From NCBI GenBank assembly GCA_043228905.1, contig JBHGNT010000011.1:5704001-5768000 (forward strand): 64,000 nucleotides of DNA. The letters run 5' to 3'. This stretch comes from Azolla caroliniana. Lineage: Eukaryota > Plantae > Polypodiophyta. The notes beneath the pieces are model-generated. The model worked only from the letters and a program-made list of their open reading frames with translations, was not told where the DNA came from and ran no database searches. The position numbers and the translations under genes were made by a program. Of the stretch, positions 25,493 to 40,300 are shown in pieces (position 1 is the stretch's first letter; every line of letters begins with the position of its first letter).

Positions 25493-28400
25493 TTGGAAGA
25501 GATAATGGCTGCAGAGAATGCGGGCCAAATAGTTACAGAGAAACTAGATAAAAACAATTTCCCGGCGTGGAAATTTAGAATGACAAATTTCCTAATGGGG
25601 AAAGGATACTGGGATTACATTGAAGGAGACCTAGAAGAGGCTCCGGAGATCCCAGAAGAAAATGCCACAGCAGCACAGATTAAAGCATTCAAAGATTGGA
25701 ATCAAGGGGCAAGGAAGGTAATGCATTGGCTCTCACTTAGCATCTCAGATTCGATGCTTGGGCACATACAGGATGCTATGCTCCCAAAAGAAGCTTGGGA
25801 CAGTTTGGTAAAACTGTTTGCAGTAAACACAAAAGCTAGAAAGCTACAGTTGAAGACTGAGCTAAATACCTTAGAAAAAGGTAAGATGTCAATAAATGAG
25901 TATGCCTTAAAAATAAAGAGCATATGTGAATCACTTGCTTCTATCAATGTAAAGATAGAAGATGATGATAAGGTAGAAATATGCTTGAGAGGCTTGGGAC
26001 CCCAATACAAAAGCTTTAAAACCTCTATGCTTACAAGGGATAGTATCCCAAGTTTCTCAGATCTGGTTTCAATGCTTGTAGTAGAAGAAAGGAATCAGAT
26101 GGATGATGTAAATAAAGGAAATCTTGAGAATGAGGGGCAAGCCCTATATAATAGTGCTGGAAGAGGCCGAGGAAGAGGCCATGGAAGATTTGGCTCAGCA
26201 AGAACCCACAATAATGGTTATCAAGGAAGAGGACAACAAACCATTAGAGGAAGAAACAACAACAGAGGCAGGGGGAGCAACCAAGGTAGAGGTAAGCAAA
26301 CATATGTAAATGATGATGGCTGTTGGTATTGTGGAAAACCAGGCCACACACAGGCTGAATGTTACAAGAAGCAAAATGATGAGCAAAGAGGAAAGAGACA
26401 GCAGAATAACTATGCCCAAACTAGTGAAGATTGTGAAAAAGATGGTGCATTTGTGGTACAACATGAGATAGCAGCAGTGGCTGAAAGCTCACAGAAATGT
26501 AATGAAGAGTTTACATGGTATGTAGACTCGGGGGCATCTAACCATATGACTGGACATGCAAACTAGTTTGAAAGGTTGAGAGAACCAGAGATTCCTGGCT
26601 ATGTACAGACGGGTGATAATAGTACTCACCAAATAGAACATGTTGGAGATATTCCATTGTGGGAAGAAAAAGGAAAGACTAAGTATATGTTGAATGTAAT
26701 GCATGTTCCAAATCTTGCTAAGAATCTGATTTCTGTCGGACAGATAGTAGAGCAAGGTATGCAAGTAAAGTTTAAGCAAAGTGGATGCTATATAGAAAAG
26801 AATGGGAAGCTCATTGCAAAAGGGAAACGACAAGGAAGAATGTTTATTTTGGATGTTGACATGCCTAGACAGATCTCAGCTATGTTTGCAAATGGAATGA
26901 GTGTAGTCTCAGATGTGGAAATGTGGCATAAAAGGATTGGCCACATAAGTATGCAAACCCTAAAGAATATGTTGAGAAAAGATGCAGTGGCTGGACTGCC
27001 AAAACTGAAAAATTGTGAAATGGGAAAGATATGTGAAGCATGTCAATATGGAAAGCAAAATAGGTTGCCATTCCCTCATGAAAGACATGTAAGTAAAAAT
27101 TTGTTGGATTTGGTACATACGGATGTATGGGGACCAACTAAGAATGCATCTATCGGTGGCTGCAGATTTTATGTAACTTTTATTGATGATTGCTCAAGGA
27201 AAACATGGGTGTACTTCATGAAAGAGAAAAGTGAAGTGTTTGAATGTTTTCGTAAGTTTAAATGCATGGTAGAAAAGCAGGCAGGTACAAGAATAAAATG
27301 TTTAAGATCTGATGGAGGAGGAGAGTATTTCTCCAATGAATTTTCTGATTTTCTATGCAATCAGGGAATAAGAAGACAGTTCACATGTAGATATACTCCA
27401 CAACAAAATGGAGTTGCTGAGAGTAAAAACAGAACATTGGTGAACATTGCAAGGGCTTTGATGACAGAGAAGAATATGCCATTGTACTATTGGGCAGAAG
27501 CTGTAAATACAGCAAATTATATTCTAAATAGATGTATAACATCGGGAGTACATGAAGCAACTCCTGAAGAGTGTTTCTATGGAAGGAAACCTAGTATAGA
27601 ACACTTAAAAGTGTTTGGATGCCTTGCATATGTACATGTGCCTGCAGAAGTAAGAAGTAAGCTGGATCCAAAGGCAGAAAAATGTATTTTTGTTGGCTAT
27701 TCAGAAGAACAAAAAGGGTATAGATGCTATAACCCTGTAACAAAGAAGATTGTGACAAGTAGGGATGTAATCTTTGATGAGTTAGCCAGCTGGTATAGTC
27801 CAAAACAGAATCCAGAGACTGATGAAGACAATGAGATTGAAGACAAAGACAAATCTGAAAATGTAGAAGACTGCCACAGAGATGGAAGCAAGGTTGGACA
27901 GCAAAGTCCAACATCAACAGAATGTTCTGGACTATCAAAAAGCTCAGATGGTAAATCTGATTCAAATTCTTGGAGTGGAAAAAGTGGAGGACACAAAAAA
28001 TGTGATGATAAAAAAGGAAAACAAAAAATGCCAGAGTATGAAATGTTGGATGACTTGTCTAAAAACATGGAAGATGAGGATTCAGATGTGTCATTGGATG
28101 ATCTTCTTGGTATAAGAGGACTGAAAATCCCTGGTATGGAAAAAGCATTGAAGGATGCAAATCAGAAACTGAGAAGATCAGATAGAGAGAAAAAAATTGT
28201 TGAAAGATTTGGTTATGATACATACATGGCTATGCATTATGCATACATGTCTAAGGTGGTACAGATCCCTGATCCAAGTAGTTTTGATGAGGCTAAAATT
28301 GAGAAGAAATGGGTGGACGCAATGCAAGAAGAGATTGATGCATTGGCTGAAAACAGAACATGGGATTTGGTGAAGTTACCAAAAGAAAAAAATGTGGTAG

Positions 28401-29425
28401 GTTGCAAATGGGTCTACAAGACAAAGCATGATTCCAGTGGGAATGTAAGTAGACATAAAGCAAGATTGGTTGCAAAGGGATATGCCCAAATGCAAGGAAT
28501 TGATTACGATGAGACATTTGCACCGGTTGCAAAGATGGCAACATTGAGGACATTACTGGCTGTAGGTGCAGCCAGAAGATGGTTTCTTCATCATATGGAT
28601 GTAAAAAATGCCTTTTTACATGGTAACTTGGAAGAAGAAGTGTATATGTGTCAACCACCAGGTTTTGAAGATAGGAAGCATCCAGATTATGTATGTAAGC
28701 TGAAAAAGGCTCTCTATGGACTGAAACAGGCACCAAGAACATGGCACAGAGAACTTTCAGATTATCTGAAAAAACTTGACTTCAAAATGTCAAAGGCTGA
28801 TTCATCATTGTATGTTAAAAGGAAAGATGATTGTATGGTTGTGATTCTGATTTATGTTGATGATCTCATCATTGGAGGTGATTTCATGGATGAGATAAGT
28901 AAGCTGAAAAGAAATTTGGAAATGAAATTTCATATGAAAGATTTGGGAGATCTGAGATATTTTTTGGGTATTGAAATCATCAGATCTGAAAGTGGTATAT
29001 GTGTGTTGCAAAGACAATATGCAACAACTATGTTGAAAAAGTATGGTATGCTTGGATGCAAACCTATTGGAGTACCACTAGATAAAAACTGCAAATTGAG
29101 TGCTGATTTGGGAGAGTATATAGACGGTACTGTCACAATCTGGTGTGACAACATGAGCAGCATTCAACTTGCAAAGAACCCTGTGTTCCATGCAAGAACA
29201 AAGCACATTGAAGTGCATTATCACTTTGTTAGAGAAAAAGTGATTGAAGGAGAAGTTGATCTGGTGTATGTGAATACAAATCAGCAGGTTGCTGATATTC
29301 TCACAAAGGGATTGAGTGTGGAAAAGCATACACAGTTTCGGAACATGATGGGAGTTGTAGACATTGATATGATGGCTGAAAAGCATCATGAAAAAGAAGT
29401 TGTAGATAACCCCAAGAAAGGATAA
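25493..29425 (+). pseudogene. B gag-pol with one in-frame TAG (26564) and an internal RT/RNase H deletion (~29125)
   Basis: Gag, CCHC, WYVDSGAS protease, integrase HTDVWGP, RT YVDD; the protein jumps from LGEYID directly to GTVTIWCDN. Confidence 0.92.
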
Positions 29426-32376
29426 GTTGAGCTTGAGGGGGAGTGTTGAGAAGCAAGCTCAACATGGTATGCGATGCTTATTGGGAAATAAGCTATAGTA
29501 GTTATTTAGCTACTTGTGAACATAAAGGAGAAACAACTAATTAGCTACTGACAGCTAATTAGCTACTGACAGCTATTTAGCGACTGACAGCTATTTAGCT
29601 ACTGACAGCTATTTAGCGACTGATAGCTAATTAGCTACAGGCAGCTAATTAGCTGCATACGTAAGTAACTTATTACTTAGGTAGAAAGTAAGAGAGTAAG
29701 AATAGAGAAGAAGATATACAGAAAGTAGAACTCTGAGAGAGAGATAGTGAGCATAGAGAGAAAGAACTCAGAGAGTGAGAGCAAGAGAGAGAAACAAACG
29801 AGAGCAAGTAGAGCTCTGCGCATAATGAAATAGAAGAAGTTTTTGGCTGCTACAGAGGTAAGTCTCCTTCCCCCTTCCCTTCTGTGTTTGAGCACTAAAC
29901 GATCTAGCACACCACGATCCGCCGCGCACATAAGAAGAGCCCGAGTGCCTTCTTCACGTTTTCTTAACACATATCCCGTTGGCACTAACCGGGCCTTGTA
30001 CCGGTTGACCGAACCGTCGGCATTGTACTTCTCCTTATATACCCATTTGCAATTGATCGGTTTACACTATCGGGGAGGGTCAACCAAGTCCCATGTGTCA
30101 TTGGCATCAAGTGCCCGCATTTCTTCCTCCATAGCAGCACGCCAATTTGCGTCTTCTGCTGCTTCTGCGTAGCTTTCCGGCTCACACACTTCCGCCACCT
30201 TAGTCATGTACGCATAGTGATGCACCATGTACTCATTGTATCCGTACCTCTGGACGGGGTTCTTCTGGCAGATTGAACCACGCAACTTTTCGTTAGCCGG
30301 TTTGAGGCCCTTCTTGGCCGGTTCAGACTTCCTTTCTAAAGGTTCGTCTTCTTCCTTTTCGGGGTCAGATTCGCTCTGATCCGACCCTTCACTACCGGTA
30401 TCATATTCCAGCATCTTCTTCTTCCCCTTCTCTTTGTGCGTGAACCGTCTCCTCGGTTCCTTGTGTGGGGAGAGCATGATAGAGTCTCCATTACTTGCCG
30501 GTTCTTCATCCCACTGGTCATGCCGACTTAGCCGCTCATTCGGTCCACTTAGCCAGAATGAGATCAGACTCTCCTCTAGAGTACCGAATCCTTCATCTTT
30601 TTCTTGAACCTCTCCGGGTTCCCTAGCCTCATCCTTCGGAAACGGGTCTTCGTCGGGATTTGGAGTCGATAGGGAGTACCATGATGCCGACTCATCAAAC
30701 TCGACATCTCGACTTACTCGTACATGTTTAGTCCGGGGGTTATAACACTTATACCCCTTTTGTTCATGCGAGTAGCCAACGAGTATGCACTTCTCTGATT
30801 TCTGATCTAGCTTCCTCCGCTTCTCATCCGGTACATGCACATATGCTATGCTATCGAATATTCAAATGTGTCTCAAATTCGGCTTCCGCCTGAAATACAA
30901 CTCATGTGCTAACACCTCATCCCCGATCCGGTTTTGGATGTAGATAGCCGTCTGGACAGCCTCAGCCCAGTAGAATTTGGGCATGCTCTTCTACTCCAGC
31001 ATTGCCCTTGCCACGTCGACAATCGACCGATTCTTTCTTTCGGCCACAACGTTTTGTTCCGGTGTATATCGACAGTTGAATTCTCTCCGAATTCCTTTTT
31101 GCTGTAGATAATTGTTGAGTTGGCTGGAAAAAGTATTCTTTTCCGCCATCTGACCGCATGCACTTTATCTTCCTCTCCGTTTCCCTTTCGACTAAGCTTT
31201 GAAGGTTCCAGAAAGAGTCAAAGACTTTGCTTTGCTTCTCGATGAGGTAGATCCACGTGTGTCGGGTGTAGTCGTCGATGAAGGAGACGAAATACTGACT
31301 CCTGCCAAGATTTACATTCTATGCCGGTCCCCACACATCCGAATGGATTAGATCGAGCTTGTTACGCCTCCGGTTTTGTTTGATGGAGAATGGAAGCCGG
31401 TGTTGCTTCCCGAGTTGGTAGGCTTCACATAGTTGGGCCTTCCGACCACTAAACTTCAGCAATCAGAACAGAAGTTGTTTCAATTGCAGTTCTTGAAGCC
31501 TCCGGTAGTTGATGTGGCCGATCCACTTCTGCCAGAGATCGATGTCTGATTCAATCTTCTGTCCTTTGGTTAACATGGCGGTGCTGACGTCATTTGTGTT
31601 GAGGATGAACATACTCCCTTCTCTGCGCCCTTGTGCAATTATCCGTTCTTCTTCCTCGATGAAGCACCCGAGGTGCGTAAACCGCACATGCATTCCCTGA
31701 TCGACAATTTGTCCAATCGACACCAGGTTCTTAGTGATTGACAGAATGTGTAGTACGTTCATAAGCTTTCCCTTTTGTCCAACATGGCTTAACGAGACAT
31801 CTCTGATATGTACAATCTGGTGAGGGGTGTCATCTCCGGTTTCGACGATTCTCGGTTGTTCCGGTTTCTCCAAAAACGAGAACCACTCTTCGTGGCTCGT
31901 CATGTGGTTTGACGCTCCAAAATCAACATACCATAATTCCTCTGATCTGGAAGTGGTCTTCTTCATCAAGTTCGCGTTGTGCTTCATCTCGAAGGCTGGC
32001 CCTTTTCCGGTCTTCCTAGCTCTGGATCCTTCCAATCCTTCTACGTAGTGCGAGCTTTGTTGGTTCCTTGTCCAGCCTTGCCGGATCTGGATTTATCCAA
32101 ATCGGCGTCCTTCTTCCAGCACTCGCTCTCTCTCTATCCTTTCTTGCCACATTCCCAGCATTCCGTGTCAGTTTTCGACTGCCGATTTCTGGCTCCGACT
32201 TGACTCCCCTTGCTTGTGGAGGGTCCGGAACTACTATCGGCACAATCTTTGGGCCTTCCGTTCTGGTCTTGTCGGCCACCTCCATTGCGTGCCGACCCAC
32301 CTCCTCCTCCACATCCACGGGGTCAATTCGCCTCCGTGTACAACATCCGGTTGTTGTTGGGAGACAGGTCCCTCCG

Positions 32377-32570
32377 GATGGTGCAGACCCGATATGAACC
32401 GGATGAGGAGTACCCGGCTACGGAGAGCCGGATGATACAGACCCGGTATGAACCGGATGAGGAGTACCCGGCTACGGAGAGCCGGATGATATAGGCCCGG
32501 TATGAACCGGATGAGGAGTACCCGGCTATGGAGAGCCGGATGGTGCAGGCCCGGTATGAACCGGATGAAG
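32377..32570 (+). repeat. 54-bp tandem array in C LTR U3 (3.5 copies in 5' LTR; 4.5 copies at ~42612-42860)
   Basis: Unit GATG(G/A)T(G/A)CAG(A/G)CCCGGTATGAACCGGATGAGGAGTACCCGGCTA(C/T)GGAGAGCCG. Confidence 0.95.
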
Positions 32571-35500
32571 AGACACATTCGTAAATATGTTTCTGAGAGC
32601 CCATCGAGGCTACACTTGTAAATAGCCGAAAAGTCATATTAGTATAAATATGACTTAGGGCAAACTAATATTATGTAGGTCGTTGTCATTCTTCCTTGTT
32701 GGTGCAAGAAGAAGAGAGAGCGCGTAACTGTACAGAGAGAGAGAGAGAGAGAACGAGGTCATTGCCTCTGTTGTAACCGCCGCCTGTGGCGAAGATCGTG
32801 AGCCCGAGGTCGTTGCCTCCGTGTACTCACTGTTTTGTACATTCATACATAGTGACAGTTTGCAGCCTGTGGGCTGCCGTGGTTTTTTCCCTTAGTTTGG
32901 GGTTTTCCACGTTAACCTCCTGTGTACCATTTCTCTTCTTTGTGTCGTGTTCTATTTCCCGTGTTTCTGTGTATGAGAAGAAGCTCGGTTGTGGCCGAGC
33001 GTTGTGCATAAGGAACGTTGTGTTCCCGTCAAGTGGTATCAGAGCAAAATTGACACAGAAAATGGACGAATCATTTGGCGGCATGTTCAAGCTCACCGGC
33101 TCCAACTATTCAGTATGGAAGTCGAAGATGAGGGACATGCTCGTTGTTAAAGACCGCTGGCTGCCGGTTCAGTTCGGGGACAAGAGACCGGACAAAATTG
33201 ACGCCGCGATATGGGAGGTGATGCACATGAAGACAACGGCGTACATACGGTGCTTCATCGACATGAGCCTGTACAACAACTTCAATGAAGAGAGCAAGGC
33301 TCATGAGCTCTGGGAGAAGATCGGCATAATGTTCCAGAACAAAAATGCTGTCAATCAGGTGTCGGTATTCCGGAAGCTAGTAAGACTCCGGTACCAAGAT
33401 GGCTCCAGCATGGTGGAGCACATGAATGCCTTCCAGGGGCTGATACACCAGGCAACGTCATTGGAAGTACCTCTTGCCGATGAAGTATTAGCGCTACTCC
33501 TGCTCGGCTCCCTCTCGGATAGCTGGGAGACGTTGGTTGTCACTTTGGGCAACGCCGGGCCGGAAGGAAAATGGTTATCCCTAGCAAGAGTAAAGTCGAG
33601 CTTGCTAGATGAGGAGGTGCGTCGGAAAGACAAAGATACGAGCTCCGACTCCAAAGCGCTTCTTACCGAATCGGAACGCGGAAGACATAGAAACCGTAGT
33701 CCCCAGAACCGGGAGAAGTCGGGGACACGGTCAAAGTCAAGGGGGAGGCCTACTTGCTTCTATTGCGGCAAGCCGGGACACTTCCAAAAGAACTGTTGGC
33801 ATTTCCGTAAAGACAAGGAAACCGACGGTACCGACTCGAAGCGGATACCGGACCGGAACGGTAAAGACCGGAGGGGGCCGGACCAGAAGGGGACAATGGC
33901 AATCGCGGCAAGTGAAGAAGAGTTGATGCTCATCACCGAGGAGAGTGAGATAAACCTTGCCGGCGACGAGATGATCTGGGTGGTAGACTCCGGAGCGTCG
34001 TTCCACCTTACCCCGGACCGGAAATGCTTCTCATCCTACTCAGCCGGTGACCACGGCTGTGTCCGGATGGGGAATGAAGGTACATGCCGAATTATCGGCA
34101 TAGGAGATGTGTGGCTCTCAACACCAACCGGATGCAAGTTGCTGCTGAAGGATGTCCGACACGTTCCAGAGGTTCGTCTGAACCTGATATCAGCCAGTCG
34201 GCTAGATGATGAAGGCTACACGGGTAGCATCCGGAACGGGGACATGAAGTTCAGCAAAGGGAGCCTGATTGTGGCTCGGGCCCGGAAGGTAAACACGTTG
34301 TACCTGATGAATGCCCGGTTATGCCCGGAAGAAGTGAACGTGGCATCCGACACTACCGGTGAGCTGTGGCACAAGAGGCTGTGTCACATGAGTGAGAAGG
34401 GGATGAAGAGGCTTGGAGACGACAACCTCATTCCAGTGAAGAACGTGCACTTAGAGAAGTGCACTGATTGTTTGGCTGGTAAGTAGAACCGGACCTCTTT
34501 CCGACCAAGGCCACCGATGAGACGTAATGCACCACTGGAGTTGGTGCATACGGATGTGTGTCAAGTAGACACGAAGTCACATGCCGGAGCGCAGTACTTC
34601 GTGACGTTCATAGATGACCACAGCCGGAAGCTGTGGGCCACACCGTTGAAGACAAAGGATCAGGTGTTATCCGTCTTCAAAGAGCTCCACGTGAGAGTGG
34701 AAAGAGAAACCGGTCGGAAGCTGAAGGCGGTTCGAGCAGATAACGGAGGAGAGTACCGGGGGCAGTTTGAGGAGTACTGCCGCTCGAAGGGAATCCGGTT
34801 CGAATTTACCGTGCCGAAGACGCCGGAACTAAACGGACTGGCCGAGAGGATGAACCGGACCATAATGGAGAGGGTCCGGAGTATGCTAGCGCATGCAAAA
34901 CTACCCAAGAAGTTTTGGGCTGAGGCACTGTCGACAGCGACATATGTGATAAACAGATCACCCTCAGTACCCTTGGACGGAGACACACCACAGAGAGTAT
35001 GGACCGGTAAGGAAGTGTCCTACCAGCATCTGAGGGTGTTCGGGTGTCTCGCGTACGTGCATGTAGCAAAGGACCGGAGAGGAAAGTTAGATCCAAAGAC
35101 CCGGCCATGCATATTCCTCGGTTACGGTGACGATGAGTTCGGCTACCGAGTGTGGGACCCGGTCGACAAGAAGATATTCCGGAGTCGAGATATTATCTTC
35201 ATGGAGGACAAGATGCTCGCCGACTAGGAGTTGGAGAAGAAGATAATGAACTCCGAGTCGACCGGTAAGGATAGACTCTACGATGAGCAGACCCAACCGG
35301 CAAGAGACCGGTTAGCACTCGAGGAACCAGCCGGTTACGGTGAGGATACCGAACCGGCAGAAGAAGAAGTAGAGGAAGCTGAGACTGGAACCGGTCAAGA
35401 CCCCGAATCGGATTCGGATGAAGAGCAAATGGTGGAGCCGGTTACCGAAGCCCGAAGACGTAGATATCGTCTCAGAGAGAGAAGGGCGCCCCGGAGATTT

Positions 35501-37095
35501 CCGGATGCAGAGCATGTTTTGCTGACCGATGGGGGGGAGCCGGAAAGCTTCGAAGAAGCGAAGGAAGACACCCACAGCCGAAAATGGTTGAGTGCCATGC
35601 AGGACGAGATGGATTCCCTGCATGAGAACCATACATACGAATTGGTGGAGTTGCCGAAAGGAAAGCGGGCAGTCCGAAACAAGTGGGTGTACAAGTTGAA
35701 ACCGGGAGATGCCGGCAATCCCCCGAGATACAAAGCCAGGATCGTGGTGAAGGGGTTCCAGCAGAAGAAGGGCGTGGACTTCGACGAGATATTTGCCCCG
35801 GTAGTAAAGATGACCTCCATCCGAACGGTGCTGAGTATAGCAGCAAGCATGGACCTCGAGGTAGAGCAGCTGGACATGAAGACGACATTCTTTCATGGTG
35901 ACCTCGAAGAGGAGATCTACATGCAGCAACCGGAAGGATTCGTGGAGAAAGGGAAGGAGCACCTGGTATGCCGGCTGAAGAAGAGCCTGTACGGACTGAA
36001 GCAGGCTCCCTGGCAATGGTACCGGAAGTTCGACTCCTTCATGACCGATCAAGGGTACCACAAGACGCAGGCTGATCACTGCGTGTTTGTGAAGAAGTTC
36101 GAAGGAGGGGACTTCCTGATACTCCTCCTGTACGTGGATGACATGTTGATCGTCGGATGAGACCAAGTAAAAATACGGATGCTGAAGAAGGCTCTCAACC
36201 GGACCTTCTCAATGAAAGACTTGGATCCGGCAAGACAAATGCTGGGGATGCACATCATTCGGGACCGGTCAGTGAAGCAATTATGGCTGTCACAGGAGAA
36301 GTATGTGACAAAGGTGCTGCACCGGTTCAACATGTCAGAAGCAAAACCGGTCGGATCGACACTTCCTGCAAACTGCAAGCTATCCGGCAAGCAAAGCCCG
36401 AAGATGAAAGCAGAGAAGGCAGATATGATGAAGATTCCATATGCCTCTGCCGTCGGGAGCTTGATGTACACTATGGTGTGTACCCGACCGGACATAGGAT
36501 ACGCAGTCGGAGTGGTGAGCCGGTTCATGAGTAATCCCGGCAAGGAGCACTGGAACGTAGTCAAATGGATACTCCGGTATTTGAAGGGCACTTCAAATAT
36601 GTGTCTCCGATTCGGCTCCGGAAAACCTCAACTGGACGGTTTCACCGATTCGGACATGTCGGCTGATGTGGATACCAGCCGGTCTACATCCGGGTATGTA
36701 ATGACATATGCAGGGGGAGCTGTTTCGTGGCAGTCGAGGCTGCAGAAGACGGTTGCATTGTCAACCACGGAGGCGGAGTACATGGCGGCTGTGGAAGCCG
36801 GTAAGGAAATTTATGGATGAAGGACTTCATCGGAGAGCTCGGTATACGGCAAGAGGAATACCGACTCTATTGCGACAGTCAAAGTGCCATCCACCTTGCT
36901 AAAAATGCGGCCTACCATTCCCGGACGAAGCATATCCAGCAGAGGTATCACTGGATCCGGGAAAGAGTAGATGACTAGGAGTTCGCACTGACGAAGATCC
37001 ACACGGCCGAGAACGGGTCAGATATGCTGACCAAAGTGCTCACACCCGACAAGCTGGATGCATGCCGGAAGAGAATCGGACTGGTAAGACACCCC

Positions 37096-37266
37096 TGTCG
37101 AATACATGTGTATAATGGACGTATTCACACTATTCCGTTTTGGCCATTTATGTAATTAGCATAAAGGGTAGTTGCCCTAAGACAGTCACTATATATAGTG
37201 ACCTTGTAACCTCTTTGTGAGGTTGGTTGTTGTATTATTTGCCTTATGAAAGAAAGTTTCTTTGTG

Positions 37267-37303
<37 letters not shown>

Positions 37304-40300
37304 AACGACATAGAAACTGTCATACACAGGGAATAAACAGGAATCGAGTGCTTCTTGATCTTCCGCACTGACGACATTGCTCCCAACATCTGGTATCAGA
37401 GCCTCCACAGTAGTCGGTCCTTCAATCCGCTGTCGGCCGTCGTCTCTGCATTCGGTTTCCTGCGTCACTCGAAGAAGAGAGAAGAAGAAGAAGAAAAAAA
37501 AACCAGGTTTGCATCTCATCGAGTTAGATCATCTTGCTTGGAGTAAGCCATCAGGTTGTACTCTGTCCCTTGTGATCGTAACCGCTCGAGGTGAAATCCC
37601 CTTGTACAACATTGACACGATCGTGCTCCTTTCGGTTAAACGGCATACGAAAAGGTCATTGAACGCTGCTCGCTGCTCGTTGTAACCACTCGGTGCAGAT
37701 CGGTCTCAAGACAACGACCCCAAATTCGTGCTTCATCTGGCTGATCGACATTCGGGAGGATCAGTTGGATTCGTCTCCCTCGCTGCTGCAGTCAACCGAA
37801 GCAAAATCGGTCCAGATAATCGGTTTCAATAATCGGTATTCGGCATATATATCCGAACCGAACCGGGCTCACTCCGACTCGGCAACATTCGGGAAGACCA
37901 GTCGGTTCTGTCCCTCAAGTTACCAGAGTCATCAAGAGCAAGTTCAACAATATATATATCCGAAGCCGAACCGACCCGGCTTCAAATCCGACTAGAACGA
38001 TATCGGGTGAGCCAACCGGCTGCACTCCAACAAGGTTCGTAGTCAACTTCGAACCGAGCTTCGTCAACTGAAACCGAATTTGATGGCATCAACATCCGGC
38101 TCGTCAGAAATGAGTCTACGCAAGTTCGATGGATCGAACTTCAACTTCTGGAAGGAACAAATGCAGGACTATCTCATAGTCAAAGGGCAAATCGATCCCA
38201 TCGAAAATGAAGAACCTCCAGAAGGATACAAACCAATTGAGTGGCAGAAGCTGGACAGAATCGTCCGCGCCACAATTCGGATGCACCTATCGGAATCGGT
38301 ATACTTTACGGTGCAATCGTGTACGACAGCATTCGAACTGTGGAAAACGCTGTCGGACACTTACGAAAAGAAGGTCGCCGCAACAAAGATGTTTCTGATC
38401 CGGCGCCTCTACAACTTGCGGATGAAAGAATCCGACTCGGTTCAAGCACACCTCAATGAGTACGAAAGCATAAGCTCCCAAATCTCGTCACAGGGGACGG
38501 CAATCGAGGATGAACTCAGAGCAATGATACTCATGAGTAGCCTTCCCTCATCATGGGAAACTTTCGTCACAACCGTGTGCAACGCGTCAACCACGGCTGT
38601 CAAATACTCCGAAGTCACGAGCGCAATCCTAACCGAAGCAGCTCGGAGAAAGTCTTTTGCCAAAGACTCAACAGACGACGCTTACGTAGTACAAGGTTCG
38701 ACAGACCGATCGAACATACGAGGAAGAGATTCCTCACGGCCGCCGAACAATCAGCGAAGACGGAGCCAGTCACGGGATAACCGAATCTGCAACTATTGCA
38801 AGAAACCCGGACACATCAAAGCCGACTGCCGCGCACTCAAGAACAAGAACAACAAGAAGAGTGGCCGGCATGAGGAGATCAACTACGTCAGCTTCTCAGC
38901 TGATGTACTGCCGGACGACCCGAATATACTATCAATCGAAAATCCGGTCGGATCAGAAGCTCTACTCACGACTGAAGAATCGAGCACATGGCTCTTAGAC
39001 TCGGGTGCGTCATTTCACGTGACTCCTCATCGATCCCAATTTCGGCAATATACGATCCGTCACTCCGACTCAGTTCGAGTCGGCAACTCACAACACTGTG
39101 ACATCATCGGAATCGGCACAGTAGAGCTCAACCTTGCAGGTGGCTCTACACTTGTACTCCACAATGTCCGACATGTACCCGAGCTCTCAAGGCCATTGAT
39201 CTCAGTCGGACAACTAGATGAAGACGGCATTCGTGCCGGCTTTTCTTCAGGAGGGTGGACACTCCACAGGGGGAACCTCCTGCTTGCTAGAGGACCCAAG
39301 ATACACTCACTGTATCCGTTACATGTTACGCTCAGAGAGGGTAACCTGTTTTTGGTGGATATTCCTGTGTCATCACTATGGCACAGAAGATTAGGACACC
39401 TCAGCAAGGCCGGCATCACGCATCTATCTAGAGCCGGATACATCCCAAAACTCTCCTTCTCCGACCATCAATTCTGCGAGCATTGCCAGTATGGCAAACA
39501 AGCAGCTGCATCACACCCGACATCAGCACCAAGAGAAACGAGACCTCTTGATTTAGTCCATTCGGACGTCTGTGGCCCAATGCCGCATCAGTCTCTAGGC
39601 GGTGCCTCTTACTTCGTCAGTTTTATTGACGATTCGACTCGAAAGGTGTGGGCTTATCCAATTCGCACCAAAGATCGTGTCTTCTCGATCTTCACCGATT
39701 GGCTCGCTATGGTGGAAAATCAAACCGACCGAAAGCTGAAATGCTTTCGAACCGACAACGGGGGAGAGTTTAAATCCGAAGAATTCGTCAAATTCTGCCG
39801 ACAACGCGGCATCCGACGTGAACTTACGGCACCACACAGTCCGGAGCAAAACGGGATTGCAGAACGAATGAATCGGACAATCCAAGAACGGACAGTTTCC
39901 ATGCTCCAACACTCCGGACTGTCGGATGGCTTCTGGGCAGAGGCTCTACTCACGGCAGTACACATAATCAATATGTCGCCAAGTAGACCTCTAGGACTTC
40001 AAATTCCTCAGGAACTATGGATCGGCAGTAAGCCGAATTACGACAAGCTGAGGATCTTCGGATGCGAGGCGTACGCCCTTATTCCGAAAGATGATCGCCG
40101 AAAACTTGCACCTCGGTCCAGGAAATGCATTTTCCTTGGATATGGATCAGACGGAGAAATGGGATACCGACTCTGGGACCCCGAACGCAGACAAATCGTT
40201 CGAAGTTCGGACGTTGTGTTCAACGAGTCGGCTATGAATCCATCAGTCGACAAACCGATCGAAGTCCGAAGGGTAACATTTTCCGATGTGCCGACCCTTC

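Larger units (their letters stand above)
24838..29969 (+). mobile_element. Element B: young Ty1/copia inserted in A RT
   Basis: 526-bp LTRs at 24838-25363 and 29444-29969 (2 differences seen), PBS TGGTATCAGAGC (tRNA-iMet) at 25364, PPT GAGGGGGAG, duplicated flank CATA(T). Confidence 0.97.

Noticed and set aside
26564-26566. Programmed stop-codon readthrough between gag and pol in B
   Set aside because: The TAG falls inside the protease at a position that is Trp in relatives (HKEWF/HEEWF), so it is best explained as a TGG>TAG mutation.
35312-36166. Long antisense ORFs over copia pol (also 47525-48316, 23400-23966)
   Set aside because: Shadow frames of GC-rich coding sequence with no recognisable motifs.
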